This document shows positions 27,999-32,000 of a stretch of DNA of 32,000 nt, in pieces. Under the pieces are notes generated by a model. The model made no database searches. It saw only the letters and a list, made by a program, of their open reading frames with translations, and was not told the DNA's origin. Position 1 is the stretch's first letter. Every line of letters begins with the position of its first letter. Both the position numbers and the translations under genes were made by a program. This stretch comes from Wolbachia endosymbiont (group A) of Rhinocyllus conicus (GTDB lineage Bacteria; Pseudomonadota; Alphaproteobacteria; Rickettsiales; Anaplasmataceae), in NCBI RefSeq assembly GCF_947250775.1, contig NZ_OX366349.1, positions 1,060,372-1,092,371 of the forward strand, in the 5' to 3' direction.

Positions 27999-28732
27999 AT
28001 ACTGTCTCAAACGCTTTATAAGCGCGTTTCAGCTTATATAGGTAAAAACCTAGAAATGTTGTGAAGACATAAGGTGCACATAGTGCAAAAAATTAAAAAT
28101 AAGACGCCAACTACGTTGTTTTCTTGCTGTTTAATCTGCACAGATGAAGATAACTGAATACCTTCATTTTCATGATATGTATAACAATGTTACAAAAAAT
28201 AATATCATAGAATTCAGTAGAATAATTCCTAGAAAACCCCTACATACTAAAAAAAGCAAAATGCTGTTAAAATGAGCTTAAGAATAAATAGCAAACATCT
28301 AACATAACAATTCTATTTGTAAATCAGGTGAGGCTTATCCTATAGAAAGCTTTCGAACTACGCAAGCGTATCTTTTGCCTTTAGTATTTCTTTATTGTTT
28401 AAGATAACTGTCTGAGCTCCTCTGCCTTAGCATTATATCTCCACTTTCTGCAAGTTATTCCATTAAGTAGTAAAAATATTAGACTTGCCGCAAAACTAAG
28501 AAAAAAAGACCAAAGATAGAGCAGATTGAACTTACAGTAAAAATAGAACAAAAAAACTCCAACAATAAATTATACAAACTTCATCAGGTTAACTTTAACT
28601 TAAGAAAACATAAATCAAATTTTCTTGCTCAAAGACCTTGCTTTTTCTCCAACCTTACTCAAACGTACTCTAGCTTAATGCATAATTTTACCCATAAACA
28701 ACCTTATCTTTGGTACTTTTATTAGTTACAAG

Positions 28733-30823
28733 TCATCTAGAAAACCCAGATGCTCTACGAAGCCCACCAATCAATATCAGATCCTGCTCTTGTCCTACAG
28801 CATTTAATATAGCGTATAACAAAACCATCGCATCTCCCCCAGTAATACGCTTGCATCCTCCACAAAATTCGTATTCACTTAACTGTCGATTTGCCTCCAC
28901 CCTTTTTCGTTCAACTTGTTCTGCGGTGTTAGCATACTTCAACTCTATTCCAATTGGATGAGTATCATCATTTTCCGCAGATTTTGATAATACTAGGTCT
29001 ATTTTCCTTCCTCTCTGTAGCTGGAACTCAATAATTACCTTGGCAGGATTATCGCAACTTTGAAATATCCCACGCAACAAAGCCTGAAATTTAGCTTCAT
29101 TGTTCACGAGTAGACGGTTTCCATTTAATAACGGAGACAACAGACGAGAAATCTCATTAAATAAAACTTCATACCTAGCCCTGTACTCACCATTAACATT
29201 ACCATCATTACCAAAATTAGGCTCAGCACTCATCAACTGATCTGCAAGTTGATGTAAATTCCTAACATTACCCATTTGTTCTGAAAACCTTCCCTCGAAA
29301 TAACCTTCACTATGAGAACGTGAGTAAGCACGTAGTGATTCGAATTTCTTTGCAGAAGCCACTTCCAGATGACCCTGGACATCTACTTCACAAAGTACTT
29401 GACGCACCTTAGCATCATCTGTGGCTTGAGGCAGTAACGACAGGTTCAATGCCTTGTCTGGTAAAGTCTGCCACTTTAAACGACGAAAAATGTGAAGCAC
29501 AACAAAACCAATATTTGATAAAAATAGAGCTAAAGTTAACGCATGGCTTACAATATCTGCTGCATCTCCCCTACCACCTGTACGTTTCATTTTCTCTCCC
29601 TGAGAGTGGTTAAATAGATACTTGGTAACCCTTACCTCCCGCCCATCATTTGTTTCTAAGTCCCTCCTTGTAGATAAAACATTTCCAAAAACAAACGATG
29701 ACGTACAGGAAAAAGTGTTACAATGAGGCGATTGAGTGAACTCTGATGCTATGGGTTGTAAAAAACGTTTTACATTTCCCCTAACTCCATTTCCATGAGG
29801 ATGTAGTAAACCCGGTATTAAGGAAAGACCACCTTCTGAAAAGGCCTGCACAGAAGTTCGGAGACCAGCACCTCCACGTAATTGAAAATTTAACGCTACA
29901 CAAACAGCACTTGGTGATGAGGTATGAATAGGCAAAGACGAAACAGAACAACTTTTAGCATAATCTTTAGCTTGCTCTAATCCTTCCTCATCACCAACCT
30001 TCAACTCAATTATAATTGGAACCGAATCATTTGTCTGATCAACACCACGAACAAGCAAAACAACATCTGCATAACCTTTTCCTATAAGTAGCTCTGGGTA
30101 GAAATCAGCCACAGCTCGGTATCTAAAATTTACTAAAAACCCACACAGAAAACCGTGGTAATCAGACTCTGCACGAAACACTAAGCTATCTTCATGTTCA
30201 TCATGGATATCAATAACATATTCCAAAATTCTTTTAACATTAGTACGCACTTCTCCTGTATCATCATTTGCCAACTCACTCATCAGGTCTAACAATTCAC
30301 CTTGTTCTCTGATTGGGTTAATTTCATGAAAAATTGGAGCTCCAGGTTCATCACGTTGAGGAAATCTATCTATTTCATGAATAAACCTACATTCTTCTCC
30401 AAACCGAAATATTTTATACTCTTCCCAATCCAGATCCTCATCTTCCTGTAATTCTTGTGGAAGATTCTCTTCTACCTGCTGCTTCTCTTCTGCACTAAAC
30501 CTTGACCCAGGGCTGTTCTCATTATCAGCAAAAGTATAACACCTGACTATTCTTCTATTTTCTTTATTAGTGAGAACAGCAACTTTTAGATTTCCATAAT
30601 TGTCAAAACGAAAATAGACTCTTTCATCTTCAACTAATATACCTGCATCATGTGCAGTAGAAAACATACCAAAAAAGAATGTAGGAAAAAAGCCAGGCTT
30701 ATTAGCCGAATGCAAAAAAGATGGACAGTTGTTTAAAAAACCTACAAATTGTCTACTAAACTCATCACAACCTCCACTTAATAAAGCCCTAACTAATTCA
30801 CGATCTTCATTATTACCATGCAT
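28733..30823 (-). CDS. cifB: CifB-like protein with dual PD-(D/E)XK-like nuclease motifs (CinB-like class, not type I deubiquitinase)
   Basis: 696 aa. First motif GKGYADVVLLVRG..DSVPIIIELKVG..GLEQAKDYAKS (~29970-30080); second FQLQRGRKIDLVLSK..HPIGIELKYAN (~28935-29040). Located 8 nt downstream of a CifA-like gene. No Ulp1/DUB extension. Confidence 0.9.
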   Translation of the reverse strand: MHGNNEDRELVRALLSGGCDEFSRQFVGFLNNCPSFLHSANKPGFFPTFFFGMFSTAHDAGILVEDERVYFRFDNYGNLKVAVLTNKENRRIVRCYTFADNENSPGSRFSAEEKQQVEENLPQELQEDEDLDWEEYKIFRFGEECRFIHEIDRFPQRDEPGAPIFHEINPIREQGELLDLMSELANDDTGEVRTNVKRILEYVIDIHDEHEDSLVFRAESDYHGFLCGFLVNFRYRAVADFYPELLIGKGYADVVLLVRGVDQTNDSVPIIIELKVGDEEGLEQAKDYAKSCSVSSLPIHTSSPSAVCVALNFQLRGGAGLRTSVQAFSEGGLSLIPGLLHPHGNGVRGNVKRFLQPIASEFTQSPHCNTFSCTSSFVFGNVLSTRRDLETNDGREVRVTKYLFNHSQGEKMKRTGGRGDAADIVSHALTLALFLSNIGFVVLHIFRRLKWQTLPDKALNLSLLPQATDDAKVRQVLCEVDVQGHLEVASAKKFESLRAYSRSHSEGYFEGRFSEQMGNVRNLHQLADQLMSAEPNFGNDGNVNGEYRARYEVLFNEISRLLSPLLNGNRLLVNNEAKFQALLRGIFQSCDNPAKVIIEFQLQRGRKIDLVLSKSAENDDTHPIGIELKYANTAEQVERKRVEANRQLSEYEFCGGCKRITGGDAMVLLYAILNAVGQEQDLILIGGLRRASGFSR

Positions 30824-30831
30824 AAATACTC

Positions 30832-32000
30832 CTATTTGTTAACAACTGCAGCAGGCGAAATACTAACATTAGTACCCACTAACGTAGATTGAGGACCTTC
30901 AGTGCTAGCAGAGAATAAATTCAAATTTCTCGCTGACTTACACAACTCTTCTATTAAATTGCAGGAGCTAGTTGCATCTATCATCTTAGAATTCCTTGTT
31001 TTATCTAAACTATTTGCTATCCTCTCTTTTAATGATTTAAAGCTTTTGTCTGAACAACAATCTTTAGCAAACTTTAAAATACTCAAGACCAAATCAACTT
31101 TTTCACCATCGCCAGCACTTTGAGTATCCTTGCTGTTCTCCTGATCTACAATCAAATTTGAAATTGCATTTTCCATTGCAACAAAAGCAATCCTATCTTT
31201 AAAAGGATCGACAACATTTATTTTATTTTGGTTAAATACACTAGATTCCCAAAGACTGCTAATAGCTGACCTTGCTTCATTCCTGTTATCCAAGTCATAA
31301 TCTTTAGAAACTACAACAAATGAAAGCGATGAGAGAAGATGTGCATATCCTCTAGGTGAAAGCATTTTCTCTACTTCAGATCTTGAACATCCCTCGCTCA
31401 AGTACTGGATAACATACTTAGTTGTGCAAAGAAAACCGTGCTCTACTAAGTAACTAAGAGGACGATAGATCACACCCCTATCTTTCTTATTCGGTAGCCC
31501 AAGTAGTGACTTATGATCTACTTTTGCGCTTATGACTTTACCTAGAAGGGAATTTAAGGTAGAAGCAAGTTTATAGCTAGATTGCAATGGAGATAATTTT
31601 GCAATAGCAGAAACTAGCAATTTTTCTCTCTCTTCTTTCACTAATTTTTCTTCAGAACACAGACGATTATAGAAGTGTTCCACTCCCTTACTCCACTTGA
31701 AATCTACAGCCTTATTAAATCCATCTTCTGCTTCTATATTTTCTCTAAGGTTACCTGATTCTTGATCAATCCAGAAATTGAAAACAGGATCACGTCTTCC
31801 CATGGAACTTAACAATTCAACTCTTGCAAGCTTATCACTGCAAGCTAAATTCCTATCTTCCTCACATGCACCTTTATGAGATAAGTCAGATCTAAAAGAC
31901 TCTAACGCCTTGTCAAATAATTGCTTAATTTCACTCTCTACACACTCAATACATGCTATTTTATATATAGCAAATGGATTCAACACACCTGATTTAGCTA
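30832..32000 (-). CDS. cifA: CifA-like protein, partial (frame open to the window edge; N-terminus outside window)
   Basis: VELLSSMGRRDPVFNFWIDQESGNL...FNKAVDFKWSKGVEHFYNRL and NPFAIYKIACIECVE match CifA motifs. The frame continues past the called GTG at 31986 (upstream codons A K S G) with no stop. Confidence 0.87.
   Translation of the reverse strand, partial: AKSGVLNPFAIYKIACIECVESEIKQLFDKALESFRSDLSHKGACEEDRNLACSDKLARVELLSSMGRRDPVFNFWIDQESGNLRENIEAEDGFNKAVDFKWSKGVEHFYNRLCSEEKLVKEEREKLLVSAIAKLSPLQSSYKLASTLNSLLGKVISAKVDHKSLLGLPNKKDRGVIYRPLSYLVEHGFLCTTKYVIQYLSEGCSRSEVEKMLSPRGYAHLLSSLSFVVVSKDYDLDNRNEARSAISSLWESSVFNQNKINVVDPFKDRIAFVAMENAISNLIVDQENSKDTQSAGDGEKVDLVLSILKFAKDCCSDKSFKSLKERIANSLDKTRNSKMIDATSSCNLIEELCKSARNLNLFSASTEGPQSTLVGTNVSISPAAVVNK

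Noticed and set aside
31984-31986. GTG as the real start of the second cifA
   Set aside because: The frame is open through the window edge and CifA proteins normally have about 100 more residues before the NPx..Y.IAC region. The called start is an artefact of truncation.

Overview
The sequence looks like a Wolbachia-type (Rickettsiales) genome segment; this is inferred from gene content and repeat style, with no database search. Left part (1-~8.1 kb): the end of a WO-like prophage. It holds the C-terminus of a late control/tail D-like protein, a membrane ankyrin protein, a small TM+coiled-coil protein and a patatin phospholipase. These are followed on the minus strand by tandem double-HTH regulators, an unassigned 395-aa protein, a RadC/JAB protein, a frameshifted HTH regulator, and a plus-strand Rpn/PD-(D/E)XK transposase-family gene. 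Centre (8.4-20.7 kb): a two-gene minus-strand operon resembling cytoplasmic incompatibility factors. It has a 437-aa CifA-like protein and a 3654-aa CifB-like protein with two N-terminal PD-(D/E)XK-like motifs, a hydrophobic pore-toxin-like segment, a beta-rich region, two ankyrin blocks split by an insert with a triplicated 'YLYAA..RRxVFTWxPG' motif, a basic furin-like site, a Wolbachia/latrotoxin-CTD-like segment and a polar N/Q/K/S-rich tail. This matches the architecture of type V cif. Right part: an AAA ATPase with a DUF234-like end, then the housekeeping genes rlpA, murC, eno and obgE. A second, shorter cifA-cifB operon (696-aa dual-nuclease CifB; CifA truncated by the window edge) closes the window. 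The most notable items are the modular giant CifB-like toxin, two divergent cif operons within 23 kb, an in-frame 126-bp palindromic repeat element inside murC, and hairpin repeats with compensatory changes.
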